A stretch of 62,972 nucleotides of DNA, the filler included, from Octopus bimaculoides (taxonomy: Eukaryota): the NCBI RefSeq assembly GCF_001194135.2. It is 5 parts of 5 records of this genome, joined end to end, with 100 filler letters (N's around TTAATTAATTAA, not from the genome) between each part and the next. Parts side by side here need not be neighbours in the genome. Positions count along the whole stretch, not along the records: positions 21,815 to 52,398 come from NC_068996.1; 4 more parts are not named here. One strand, written 5' to 3'. Below are positions 26,800-38,829 of the stretch, piece by piece. The translations under genes were made by a program, and so were the position numbers. Within the stretch, counting starts at the first letter, position 1. Every line of letters starts with the position of its first letter. The notes under the pieces were generated by a model. That model saw only the letters and a list, made by a program, of their open reading frames with translations. It had not been told where the DNA came from and did no database searches.

Positions 26800-27024
26800 N
26801 NNNNNNNNNNNNNNNNNNNNNNNNNNNNNNNNNNNNNNNNNNNNNNNNNNNNNNNNNNNNNNNNNNNNNNNNNNNNNNNNNNNNNNNNNNNNNNNNNNNN
26901 NNNNNNNNNNNNNNNNNNNNNNNNNNNNNNNNNNNNNNNNNNNNNNNNNNNNNNNNNNNNNNNNNNNNNNNNNNNNNNNNNNNNNNNNNNNNNNNNNNNN
27001 NNNNNNNNNNNNNNNNNNNNNNNN

Positions 27025-27093
<69 letters not shown>

Positions 27094-27600
27094 ATCAGAA
27101 ATGAGGACAAAAGTAGGTGTGCTGCAGTAAAGGTGATACAAGGCTACCAAACCTGAGGGAAGTGCAGGAAAAGGAGAGAGAGAGTGGGAGACAACAGGAT
27201 AGAGATGGTAGCAAAATGCCAGGAATACTTACAAGGGGATCAGAATATAAATGGGATGGTTGAGTAAAGGCAGAGAGAGATATAGATGGTGGGCAAGTGC
27301 CAGGGAATAACCTTTGAGGTTCAAAGATCATAATATAAATGGCAGGATATTGCCAAAGAAGTATAATTAGAGAGTGGAGAGGTGAGGTGAGAGGTGAAAA
27401 CCTGGGTATATAGAGTGTGTGTAGGGGCTACTGCATAGCAATGATACAGAAAAACAGGGCTGTAAGGACAGGATTGGAGAGTAAGAGCTAGGCATAGTGT
27501 ATGAAGGAGGAAATGTGAGGAAGAGAAGAGATGTAGAGATGTAGATTGGTTTGTCATGGTAGGGTGTGGGGAAGTTTTCTTGTTATGTGTGGGTGGGACA
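26490..27600 (-). mobile_element. Highly decayed retroelement remnant, possibly Penelope-like
   Basis: Minus-strand peptides DKPIYISTSLLFLTFPPSYT and SFSCTS loosely resemble the PLE RT thumb and GIY-YIG regions. Interrupted by (GA)n and a gap. Confidence 0.35.
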
Positions 27601-28720
27601 CATAGCACTTCTAGAACTCAGTTTTGCTGACATAGATGGGTCTTCTCAAGAATCTCATATCACCAGACATCTCAGTCCATTATCATTTTCTCTGTGAGGC
27701 TCAACATCCTGAGATTGGTCCTTACCACTTCATCCCACCTCTTCCTGGGTCTCCCTCTTCTGCAGGTACCATCCACTTTCAGTGACCGACACTTCTTTAT
27801 GCAGCTCTCCTTATTCACATGCGTCACATCTCCAAACCAATGTAGTGTCCTCTCTTGCATGCTACATTTGATTCCGCTTATGCCCAACTTTTCTCTCAAT
27901 ACATTTGCACTTTGTCATACATGTATGCTGATGTTGCACATCCAATGGAGCATACTGCCTTCATTTTTCTCCAGTCTACATATGTTCTCTGCTTTCAGAG
28001 CCCAAGTCCAACTATCATGGAGTATAGCTGTTTACACACAAGCATCGTACAGTCTACCTTTCACTCTGAGAGAGAGTCCATTTGTTGCCAACAGTGATTC
28101 AATTCTTATTCTAGAAACAATACTTTCAGAGCATCCTCCACCATTACTAATTTGGTCACCTAGGTAACGAGAATCTATCCACAACCCCAAGAGAGCCTCC
28201 TGGGCTTTGAGAGAGACAAAGTCTCGTGTGCTCTTAGAGCTTATTATTCCTGCACGTCTGCCACATACAAAGACGACTTTATCTGTTAATCTACCTGTGA
28301 TATCACTGGACCTTTTATGTGTCCATAGTTTACACTGGGTGCAGCAAATGGAATTACTTCCAACTCCTTTCCTATAAACTAAGCAGGGCCATTTACCTGA
28401 CAGAACGAGAGTTTTATCTTCTTTCTCACTAACAACAACTTTTGTCTTTGCTAGGTTAATGTTAAGGCCCTTCGATTCTGGGTTTTGTTTCCCTACCTGG
28501 AATTTCTTTTCCAATTCTGCAAAAGATTCTGCAATAAGAGCAAGGTCATCAGCATATAGCAGTTGCCATGGGCATCCATCTTTGAATTCCTCTGTTATGG
28601 CTTGGAGGACTATAATGAATAAGAGCGGGCTGAAAACTGAGCCCTGGTGAGTCCCTACCTGAACACTAAATTCATCACTGTATCAAGGCTGATTCTCACC
28701 TTACTGACAGCACCATTGTA
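27600..28720 (-). mobile_element. RTE-clade LINE RT fragment, same family as the 21.8 kb copy
   Basis: GWPWQLLYADDLALIAES, SKGLNINLAKTKV, a degenerate PHD (WPCLVYRKGVGSNSICCTQCKLWTHKR), LHWFGDV and RGRPRKRW. Confidence 0.92.
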
Positions 28721-28744
28721 CATGGCTTGTATAAAAAACATAAT

Positions 28745-30235
28745 AAAAGAGAATGCAAAAAGAAATATGTAAACTGGTTTTTCATTAATTTAAAATACCT
28801 TAAAGATGAGACAATCTGTGTATGAGGAAGACGATGGAATGGGGAGGAGGTGGATTACTGTTTAGAAGGAGAATCCCCTTCCATTAAAACTTCAGGAAGA
28901 ACAATTTCTAGCATTTTCTTTCTCACTTCACTTAATTTTGGCTTTTTGGACACACTTTCTTCACTTTTCATACTTGCAGGTCTTTTCATTAGAAAAATAT
29001 ATCAAGAGAAGTCTGCTTTTTCCTGTCTTTCAAAAAGTTATGAAAATGCGCCGCCAGAGCAGTGTCATTAAACAAAGTAGCTGCATGACCTGAAGATAAT
29101 TTTTCAGGATGATATTTTTCTACAAATTCAGAAGCATACTGCCACTTTGCCAACATTGCCTTAATGTCATTCGTAGAAATAGCCTTTTCTGTTACACTGT
29201 CCCCCTCCAGGAAACCAATCTCTTCCACCACATCCTAATGCTGCTGCTCCTGAAGCTGTAGGAGTTCATCTGTCATCAGCGCCCCTGAATATCCCTCGAC
29301 GAGATCGTTAATGTTCCCATCATCAACTTCGAGGCCATGGCCTTGCCAAGAGACATTGTCTCCTTGACTACAGGTGTCTCAGACACAAACCTCTCAAAAT
29401 CAGACCTCACTTTCCACCATGCAGAATTCAGCATTCTCCTCGTTACACTCTGCCAGGCCATATTGATGATTTTCAGGCAGATANNNNNNNNNNNNNNNNN
29501 NNNNNNNNNNNNNNNNNNNNNNNNNNNNNNNNNNNNNNNNNNNNNNNNNNNNNNNNNNNNNNNNNNNNNNNNNNNNNNNGGGTGGTGTTGCATGAAAGGT
29601 ACAGAACTTTTATGAATTTAAAATCATCCAGGATATCATCTTCGAAGTTAGGAAGGTGAGCAGGAGCATTGTCGAGGATGACGAGGGCCTTGAGAGGAAG
29701 ATCATTCTCCAGATGGTACTTTTTCACTGCTGGTCCATAGGCAAGGTTGACCCACTCAGTGAAGAATTGTTTGGTGACCCAGGCTTTAATGTTTTCCCTC
29801 CACATGACCTGCAGCTTCTCCTTCAGAATTTTGTATGACTTGAACCCTTGTAGGTTTTTGGAATGGTAAGGAACAGCTTAATCTTCAAGTCCCCACTTAC
29901 ATTGGCACAAAGAGCAAGAGTTAGCCTATCTTTCATAGGCTTGTGGCCTGGCATTTTCTTCTCCTTTGCAGTTATGTAGGTTCTTCTGGGCACTTTTTTT
30001 TTCCAAAAAAGGGTCAGTTTCATCACAGCTGAATACCTGTTGTGCAATGTACCCCTCAGCTGCAATGAACTGACAGAATTCACAAACGAAATCCTCAGCT
30101 GCCTCCTTGTCAGAACTCACTGCTTCTCCATACCTGACAATGCCATGAACACCAGTCCCCTTCTTGAAATTATCAAACCAGCTGCGACTGGCCTTAAATG
30201 CGTCTGCTGATGCGTTTTTTCCATCACAGCAACAT
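28745..30235 (-). mobile_element. Tigger/pogo (TIGD1-like) DNA transposon, decayed transposase
   Basis: FKASRSWFDNFKK, QVFSCDET, WKKKVPRRTYI, KPMKDRLTL, KAWVTKQFFTEW, LVILDNAPAH and KQTSLD motifs spread over shifted frames. Confidence 0.92.
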
Positions 30236-30344
30236 TGAGTGTAATGATCTAATTGCTGAATAGTTCTGCTACAAGGTGATGCTATGTGTGTGTGTGTGTG
30301 TGTGTGTGGTGAGAGTGGAAGAGTATTGTGTATTACAAGCAGCT

Positions 30345-30740
30345 TCCACAAAAATTAGAAATTGAATTCAGACAATTATTGTTTCCAATTAAAGGAAGCA
30401 ATTGATGAAAAATGTCCAGAACTGACCAATCAGAAAAGTGTCATCTTCCTTCAAGACAATGCTAGACCTCATGTTTCAAAACTGACCCAATAGAAATTTG
30501 TATAGCTTGGCTGGGAAGTTCTACCACATCCACTATATTTACCTTCAGTTTACCATTTATTTTGACCTCAACAAAATTCTTGTTGATGGGAAGAACTTCA
30601 GTTCTTTGGAAGACTATAAAAACCATTTGGACCAATTCATGACCCAGAAAGATGCTAAGCTCTGGGAGAATGGGATCATAAAGTTGCCTCGAAGATGGTG
30701 AAAGGTATTGGGACAAAATGAAGTACGTGTGGTTGATCTA
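30345..30740 (+). mobile_element. Mariner transposase 3' fragment
   Basis: PELTNQKSVIFLQDNARPH, and KNHLDQFMTQKDAKLWENGIIKLPRRW. Confidence 0.85.
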
Positions 30741-30815
30741 TATATTGTTTTTGAATCTTACTTAAACAGCTGTATGTGCTTTTGTTCTATATATATGTGT
30801 ATATATCTACATATG

Positions 30816-30879
<64 letters not shown>

Positions 30880-31384
30880 AGTACATATATGTATGTAGGT
30901 ACACATACATATGCATACATACATACACACATATATGTATTTGTATGTATATATATGTGTGTGTGTTTATATGAATATATTCATATATTCATGCATACAT
31001 ATACACGGATATGTATTTGTGGATGTATACACAACAAAAAATATTTTGTCTAATCTTACCACTCCCAATGACTCAAAAACAAGATACTCATTGTGTGTAA
31101 CCTGAATTAATCAGAGTTATAACAATACAAGATAAGTAGATATGTAGCAAGAGGATTTAGAAGGTAGATAGTTCAGATCTGTACAGGCTGACTTAGCATT
31201 TTGACCTACTATGGTTCATAAATATATACATGGCACGTACCAACGCTTTTCAAAGAAACTATTAATTCTTAACAATATCACAGGCTATTAAGATTTTGTT
31301 GATGTTAGTGGAATAACATTCTTCTGAAATGCTTTAAGCTTGGAGAAACATTGTAAAATTAGGCAAGTTTTCTGAAATGCAACA

Positions 31385-31915
31385 ACCTTTCACCACTGGA
31401 TTCAGTTTTATCTTCCACTCTTGTCTCTTCCTCTCTTCTTTCTAATTTGCTGTCAATTATTCTTACACAAATGACACTTCTTCTCATTCCCTGACCATTC
31501 CACTCAAAGTCTTAACATTACTGGCTAAACTTGCACTGACTCTGTGACCTCAAAAGAATTCCTCTGATTAGGATATGGCAACCCTATCTCTTTCAATAGA
31601 AAGAAAACACATGTAAAAATATACATCGTTGTAATACATTCCATTTAATTATGAGTAGTAAGTACTAAGCTAGAGTCCTTGTAATCTCCTCTCTAGTATA
31701 ATAATGATGATCTGTTTTGGTGAAAGCAAATTCTTAAATAAATCCCAAAGACTGACCATTTTCTTCAGAGCCAGAACATATTTTTGTCTCCAATTAATAC
31801 TCTACAAAGTTCAGGTAAGGACCACTATGGAGTGATGCTGCTGCTGTTACACACACAGACATGCTAGAATTCATCAAAGAGAAGACTACAGTAATAATTA
31901 CTTCCAGAGGACCAA
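31385..31915 (+). mobile_element. CR1/L2-like LINE RT fragment, decayed
   Basis: YSYTNDTS (a YADD remnant) and RLTIFFRARTYF..LILYKVQVRTTME. Confidence 0.55.
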
Positions 31916-32642
31916 GATTGGTGATTAGTGCAGGGTTTGAACACAATAAGAATGATGAGAGGAATAGAGGTAATTAGGATAGGAATGATTGGGTGGAGGT
32001 GTTATGAGATTGACCTAGTCTGAGGAACAGAATACAATAGAGTGGCAGTTAAATCCCTTCCCTGCTCATGTCTTTTCTAAAGTGTTGCCTTACAATAATA
32101 ATAGCATCAGTTTTGCCATTCTAGGAAAGTCTGCAAAAGCCAATGCAAACTACCCTTTTCGCTAGACACAGCAAATAAACAAAAGTGTATTTATTTTGGC
32201 AAAGATTTAAAATAAAGATCTCTAACACTTGTTTTAAAAGAAGACATTTTCTGGTGGGTCTTCTTAAGAGTTATTTATTACCTTTTGTTTATTAATTGAA
32301 ATCCACAATCATTAACTATGTCGTGAGCAAATAGAATAATTTTTATTTGTCCCACTTAAAATTTCTTTTATTGCACAAAAGCATTTTCATCAATGTTCTC
32401 TTCTTATGTGGCTTCTATTCATTTGTTGTATTTGAAGTGTTTGGTGTTTGAACATAGATAGGAGTAGATATGGGTCAGGTTAATGTGTCTGAGTAGTCTT
32501 GTTTTTGTATCCTTGTACATATGTGTGTGTGTGTTTGTATGTGCATGTTATAGGTATGTCTATGTACTATGTATTAATGTATGACGTTTGAGGGATAATG
32601 TGTGCTTAGGTGTATTGCTTATGACTAGGTGAATTCATATAT

Positions 32643-32825
32643 TTAACTCTTTAGCATTCAGATTTTTCTGTCAAATGTAATGCTTATGAGATTTGGATGA
32701 TGTGATTGTATATTTTTAGAATGACATTGTAGAGTAGGTGAAAGAGGCCAGATCCGGCCTGGTTGAACATAAAACAGACAGAATATTTTGGCTGGATTTG
32801 GCCAGTTTAAACGCTAAAGAGTTAA
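32643..32825. mobile_element. piggyBac-like MITE
   Basis: TTAA|CTCTTTAGC ... GCTAAAGAG|TTAA. A second copy lies at 48198-48447. Confidence 0.8.
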
Positions 32826-32856
32826 TGAAAAATGAAATGTTTACGTATTCCTTTTA

Positions 32857-33063
32857 TTCTTTTATGCTTTTACACATTTCAGTCATTTGACTGTGGCCAT
32901 GCTGCAGCACCACTTTTAGTTAAAGAAATTGACCCCAGGACTTATTCTTTGTGAGCCTAGAACTTAATCTATCAGTTCCTTTTGCCAGGACATAAACACA
33001 TCAAAATTGGTTGTCAAGTGATGGTGGGGGGACAAACTCAGACACAAATACACACATACATAA

Positions 33064-33112
<49 letters not shown>

Positions 33113-33275
33113 TGACAGGCTTCTTTCAGTTTCCATCTACAAAATCCAAGGCTATAGTGAAGGACACCTGCCCAAGGTGCCACGCAGTGGGACTGAACCC
33201 AGAACCACGTAGTTGGGAAGCAAACTTCTTACCACACAGCCACACCTGTGCCTATTCTAACCACACAGCCATGCT
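32857..33275 (-). mobile_element. SINE family A
   Basis: Reverse copy with internal (CA)n. Confidence 0.85.
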
Positions 33276-33329
33276 TGCACCTATTCTTTCCTATGTATGA
33301 AATATTTCCTTCAGAATACAATTCCTTCC

Positions 33330-34405
33330 TTCCTTCCTTCCTTCCTTCCTCACCTCCCTTCCTGTTTTGCCTAACCTGCCCACTTGATTTGAGTTCTCCT
33401 CAGCAGTGTATAAATGCTTTGCAGACCAACTCAAGAAAGGATCTCCATGTCTGGCACTTTCTCTTGCCAGGTGATTTTTCAAGGCAGTCAAAATCGAAAT
33501 GGTTTAGCTTTTGGCAAGGCATTCATAAACTCTTCATGTCTCACAGGCATACAGGAAGAATAGGCAGTACAACCGCTTGGCACACTTTCAACTCCGTGGC
33601 CAGCCCTTAATGGCTCCCTTCTCACACTAATTCGATTATAGAATTGGCAGTACAACCGCTTGGTACACTTAGAACTTAGTGGCCAGCCATAATACCTCGC
33701 TTCTCTTGCACTAATTCAATTATAGAATAAGCTGTTCAGCTACTTGGCACACTTTCAACTTGGTGCCCAGCCTGAATGCCTAACTTTTCACACACTAATT
33801 CAAGTAAAGCACAGGCAGTATAATTCCTTGGTACAATTTCGTTTTTGTGGCCATCCTTCTGGCCTCTCTCTTCGTACACTAATTCAAGTATAGAATAGGC
33901 AGTACAACTGCTTAGTACTCTTTCAATTTGGTGGCCAGCCTTAATGTCTCTCTTCTCTCACACTTATTGAAGTATAGAATAAGCAGTCCAACTATCTGTT
34001 ACACATTCAACTTGGTGGCCAGCATTAATGCCGCTTTTCTTCTACACCGATTCATGAGCTTCCTTTGGCAATGTGTGTGTCCTCTTCATTGTCAATGTTC
34101 ACAGATTTGTTGAGTTTGTTGCCGGCATACATCAACTTATCAACACCCTTCAGTGTTTCTCCTCTGATTGTGATAGTTGGTTCCACATATGGCTTCTGCA
34201 GGTCAGGTTGGTCCATGACTTCCATCTTCTGAGTACACATTGTGAGGCCCAATGTTGTTGCAAGTCCAGGAAAAGCAGTTCATGTTCTTCTACTGTATCT
34301 AGGCCTGTGTAGCAGGTTGAGGTCACAGTCTTGTGTGAACAGGAAGTCAGGCACTGCATCTCCTTGCACCTCGGTCTTGGCCTGTAGCCTCCACAGGTTG
34401 AAGAG
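33330..34405 (-). mobile_element. BovB/RTE LINE 3' fragment with an internal tandem amplification
   Basis: LFNLWRLQAKT..FLFTQDCDL, GLTMCTQKMEVMDQP..KPYVEP, and LYACET. Confidence 0.85.
33557..34055. repeat. Six diverged ~84-bp tandem units derived from RTE coding sequence
   Basis: Units start near 33557, 33640, 33724, 33807, 33892 and 33976. The minus strand of each approximates RLATKLKVYQAVVLPILY. Confidence 0.9.
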
Positions 34406-34590
34406 TTGCAAAGCAGGAGTGGGTTTTGCTATCAGATCCAATCTGATCAGCAAGTTAACCAACCTTCCCAAAGGATTAAACGAGTGATTGATGTCTCTAT
34501 GGCCCTCCCACTCAGTGGAAAGCACCATACCATTATCATCAATGCTTACCGTCTCACCTGAGGAGGTTGAAGACAAGTTTTATGAAGACA
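34405..34590 (+). mobile_element. BovB/RTE AP-endonuclease fragment, inverted relative to the adjoining RT piece
   Basis: AGVGFAIRSNLISKLTNLPKGLNE ... PEEVEDKFYED. Confidence 0.8.
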
Positions 34591-35039
34591 TAGCTTGTAC
34601 GGCTCTCACCAGCCACTTATCTGCTCCTAGTTTCCACATTGTCACAGGCTTTTTCCATATCAACAAAAACCAAATACAGAGGTTATTTTTCACTAAATGC
34701 TTCTCCTTGCAGTTGTCTTAAAGATTGTATCAGTAGTGTTTCTCCCTGATACAAAAACTGAACTGCATCTCATCCAGGCTATATCAACCCCCGGTAGCTA
34801 TTCCACCATTCACTATATCCACCTCTCAAACTGGTGGTGAGAGCAAACACAAGCATAAAGACACAGTCTCATAGATAGTTACATTCATACATACATACAT
34901 ACATACATACACACATCTATACACATATATATGCATTTATATATCTATTTAGATATGTGTGTGAGTGTGTATTCTAAATTAAGATTGAAATTTAGGGTAC
35001 TAACCCTAACATATATCATCATCATCGTCGTCGTCATCG

Positions 35040-35049
<10 letters not shown>

Positions 35050-35091
<42 letters not shown>

Positions 35092-35800
35092 TTAACATCC
35101 GTTTTCCACGCTGGCATGGGTTGGATGGTTTGACTGACAACTGGCAAGGTAGGAGGCTACACCAAGTTCCAATCTGTTCTGGCAAGGTTTCTACAGCTAG
35201 ATGCCCTTCCTTACGCCAACCACTCTGAGAGTGTAGTGGGTGCTTTTTACGTGCCACTGACATGAGGACCAGTCAGACAGCACTGACATCGACCACGCTT
35301 GTATGGTGCTTTTTACATGTCACCAGCATGGGAGCCAGTCCAGTGGGACTGGCAACGATAATGCTCGAATAGTGCTTTTTATGTGCCACTGGCATGGGTG
35401 CCAGTCAGGTGGTACTGGCATCGGTCACGACAATGATTTCACTCGACTCAACAGGTCTTCTCATGCACAGCATATTGCCCAATGATATGCTGTGCTTCAG
35501 AAGACTCATTAAGCCAAGTGAAATCATTGTCATGGTCAATGTTGGTGTCATGTAACTGGCACCGATGCTGGTAGTACATAAAAGCACCCATGCCAGTGGC
35601 ACGTAAAAAGCACTCACTACACTCCTGGAGTGGCTGGCATTAGGAAGGGCATCCAGCTGTAGAAACTATGCCAAATCAAATTGGAATCTGTTGTAGCTCT
35701 CCAGCTTACCAGTTTTCTGTCACACTGTGTAACCCATGCCAGCGTAGAAAGCAGACGTTAAATGCTGCTGCTGCTGCTTCTGATGATGATGATGATGATA
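35050..35800. mobile_element. Two head-to-head SINE family C copies (RTE-like tail) forming a foldback
   Basis: The arms are reverse-complementary up to a central GCACAGCATAT-9 nt-ATATGCTGTGC (35465-35495). Both outer ends carry (CAT)/(GAT)n tails. Confidence 0.85.
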
Positions 35801-35962
35801 TATAGGTGCAAGCATGGCTGTGTGATAACAAATTTGCTTCCCAACAACATGGTTTCAAGTTCAGTCCCAGCATGTGGCACCTTGGGAAAGTGTCTTCTAC
35901 TTCAACTTCAGGTCAACCAAAGCCTTCTGAGTGGATTTGGTAGATGGAAACTGAAAGAAGCT

Positions 35963-36008
<46 letters not shown>

Positions 36009-36270
36009 CATGTGTGTACATGTGTGTGTGTACATGTGTGTGTATGAACCTTTGTGCTTGTCTTTGTCCTCCACCACACCACTTCTGCCACTACTTGACA
36101 AGTGTTGTTGGTTTGTTTACAGTCCCTATTACTTAAGAGATTGGCAAAGAGAGGCCAATACAATAATAGCAGGCTTAGAAATAACAGTGAATATTTGGGG
36201 TTGATTTCTTCAACTAAGCCCTTAAAAATGGCGCCTCAGTGTGGTCGCAATCTGATGACTCAAGCAAGTA
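35800..36270 (+). mobile_element. SINE family A
   Basis: Same head, core and (TG)n organisation as the other copies. Confidence 0.85.
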
Positions 36271-37384
36271 AAAGATTAACCACACACACACATACACACA
36301 CACGCACACACACACACACACACATGCATACTCACACAAGTGGACTTTTCAGATGGAAGTAGTTATAAAGGTTGGAACACGTTTATGAGTTTTTGTCGCA
36401 GGATTGTGAACTAGAGTATCAAGTTGCATGACAAAGGGTGAACGGATGTGGCTTTTAAGCAGTAAAAGAGTGTATTGAATATAATTGAGTAAGATTTCAA
36501 AACAAAAGGCTGCCCTAGAAATTGAAGGAAACAGAGATATGTGTATTACTCCGTTTTCATAGTTAAGTAGTGGTTAGTTGAACTTGGTTTTATCAGACAA
36601 GCAGACAAGTCATTAGTATTCAAGTGCTTATTTTACATACATACACTTTGTATTGCTTAANNNNNNNNNNNNNNNNNNNNNNNNNNNNNNNNNNNNNNNN
36701 NNNNNNNNNNNNNNNNNNNNNNNNNNNNNNNNNNNNNNNNNNNNNNNNNNNNNNNNNNNNNNNNNNNNNNNNNNNNNNNNNNNNNNNNNNNNNNNNNNNN
36801 NNNNNNNNNNNNNNNNNNNNNNNNNNNNNNNNNNNNNNNNNNNNNNNNNNNNNNNNNNNNNNNNNNNNNNNNNNNNNNNNNNNNNNNNNNNNNNNNNNNN
36901 NNNNNNNNNNNNNNNNNNNNNNNNNNNNNNNNNNNNNNNNNNNNNNNNNNNNNNNNNNNNNNNNNNNNNNNNNNNNNNNNNNNNNNNNNNNNNNNNNNNN
37001 NNNNNNNNNNNNNNNNNNNNNNNNNNNNNNNNNNNNNNNNNNNNNNNNNNNNNNNNNNNNNNNNNNNNNNNNNNNNNNNNNNNNNNNNNNNNNNNNNNNN
37101 NNNNNNNNNNNNNNNNNNNNNNNNNNNNNNNNNNNNNNNNNNNNNNNNNNNNNNNNNNNNNNNNNNNNNNNNNNNNNNNNNNNNNNNNNNNNNNNNNNNN
37201 NNNNNNNNNNNNNNNNNNNNNNNNNNNNNNNNNNNNNNNNNNNNNNNNNNNNNNNNNNNNNNNNNNNNNNNNNNNNNNNNNNNNNTAGGCAAATAGCGAT
37301 GAACAGTCTTCTATGTACTATATTGGATACACGGTGTTCGTTTGGTATGTTGATTCTCTGTTTACTGCTATTTTTCTTGACCAT

Positions 37385-37445
37385 ATTATACTGACGAGTA
37401 GAGGTTGTATAATACTACAATAACTACGAAATCATGATCTATAAT
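37385..37445 (+). ncRNA. Minimal type I hammerhead ribozyme with intact core
   Basis: ATTATA-CTGACGA-GTAG(AG GTTGTA TAATAC TACAAT AA)CTAC-GAA-ATCATGAT-C-TATAAT. All conserved core bases and all three stems are present. Confidence 0.85.
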
Positions 37446-37572
37446 TCAGTCTGTTTTTAAGGGGTTGGCTTTGAGAGTTGCATTTCCTCGCATTTGGTAA
37501 AAATGTGCTTTTTATAGTAGTCTGACCTTAGAGTCCCTCATAGCATGAGGCATTATTGTATAGTAATGCCCT

Positions 37573-37604
<32 letters not shown>

Positions 37605-37611
<7 letters not shown>

Positions 37612-37765
37612 GTAAAAAGCACCATCCGAACATGGTCAATGCCAGATCTGCCTGACTGGCTACCGTGCCAGTGGTACATAAAAAGCACCAACCAAATGTG
37701 GCTGATGCCAGGCCCACCTCACTGGCTTCTGTGCTAGTGGCATGTAAAAAGCACCCACTACACTC
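37605..37765 (+). mobile_element. SINE family C fragment
   Basis: Internal tandem units with gtaaaaagcacc, ending in cccactacactctg. Confidence 0.8.
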
Positions 37766-37850
37766 TGCAAACAGATCTCTGACTTGTTTTGGAGAATTTG
37801 TGGCAATTGCTTCCTCCAGAGTCATATCCCAATGATGATCATATTTGTCA
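37766..37850 (-). mobile_element. Helitron Rep/helicase fragment
   Basis: DHHWDMTLEEAIATNSPKQVRDLFA resembles the Helitron W..TLEEA..SP.QLR.LFA segment. Confidence 0.65.
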
Positions 37851-38079
37851 CAAAAAAGTCATGTAAAAAATATCACTGAAAACAATCGCAGTAATGAAGA
37901 CAGGAATCCAAAATTTTAGGATTGCAAATCTGGATTTGGCCTGGAATGTTTTTAATTTACTCACGGAGTCAGCCTGATTCCAAAATGGTATATGTTGGGC
38001 TACAGCCTCTAGGAGTAAAGTAGAAGAAGTGTGACACACTGACACACTGACATTCACATTTATTATATTATATTATATT

Positions 38080-38300
38080 AAGGCAGCAAGCTAGCAGAAT
38101 CATTAGCACGCTGGGCGAAATGCTTAGCAGTATTTCGTCCGCCATTAGGTTTTGAGTTCAAATTTCGCCGAGGTCGACTTTGCCTTTCATCCTTTCGGGG
38201 TCAATAAAATTAATACCAGTTATGTACTGGGGTTAATGTAATCGACTTAATCCCTTCCCCCAAAATTTGAGGCCTTGTGCTTCCAGTAGACAGGATTCAT
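38080..38300 (+). mobile_element. SINE family B
   Basis: aaggcagcaagctagcagaat...gagttcaaatttcgccgaggtcgactttgcc. Confidence 0.85.
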
Positions 38301-38356
38301 TAAAGTTGAAAAAGTGTGAAACACTGACATTTACATTTATTATATTAGATATATAT

Positions 38357-38505
38357 AGGTGCAGGCATGACTGTGTGGTCAACCACATGGTTCCAGGTTC
38401 AGTCCTGCTGCATGGCACTTTGTGCAAATATCTTTTACTATAGCCTCGGACTAACCAAAGCTTTTGTGAGTGAATTTGGCAGATGGAAATTGAAAGAAGC
38501 CATCA
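38357..38505 (+). mobile_element. SINE family A, 5' part
   Basis: tRNA-like head and core. Confidence 0.8.
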
Positions 38506-38829
38506 TATATATGTATATGTATGTATGTAAATAAAAGAATAAAAGAATATATATATATATATATATAATATAATATAGGATAAATTCTTCAAGTAGTCAG
38601 CGTGAAAAAACCTCATAATGAAAAAATAACGAAAAATTTCGTAATGAAAAAATTCATCGCTTCTTCATAGATATATTTAAATATATATAAAGGGCATTAA
38701 CTGTGTATCAATGCCTCATGCTATCGAGGGACTAAATAAGTAAAAAAACTACCAAAAATAAGCAACATATTTACCGACAGCGAGGGAATGCAGCTTTTCA
38801 AAATTTATCTCTTAAAAACATTTACCTCA

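Noticed and set aside
33557-34055. 84-bp repeat as a C2H2 zinc-finger array or CRISPR
   Set aside because: There is no CxxC/HxxxH pattern and no repeat-spacer structure. The units translate to an RTE ORF2 segment.
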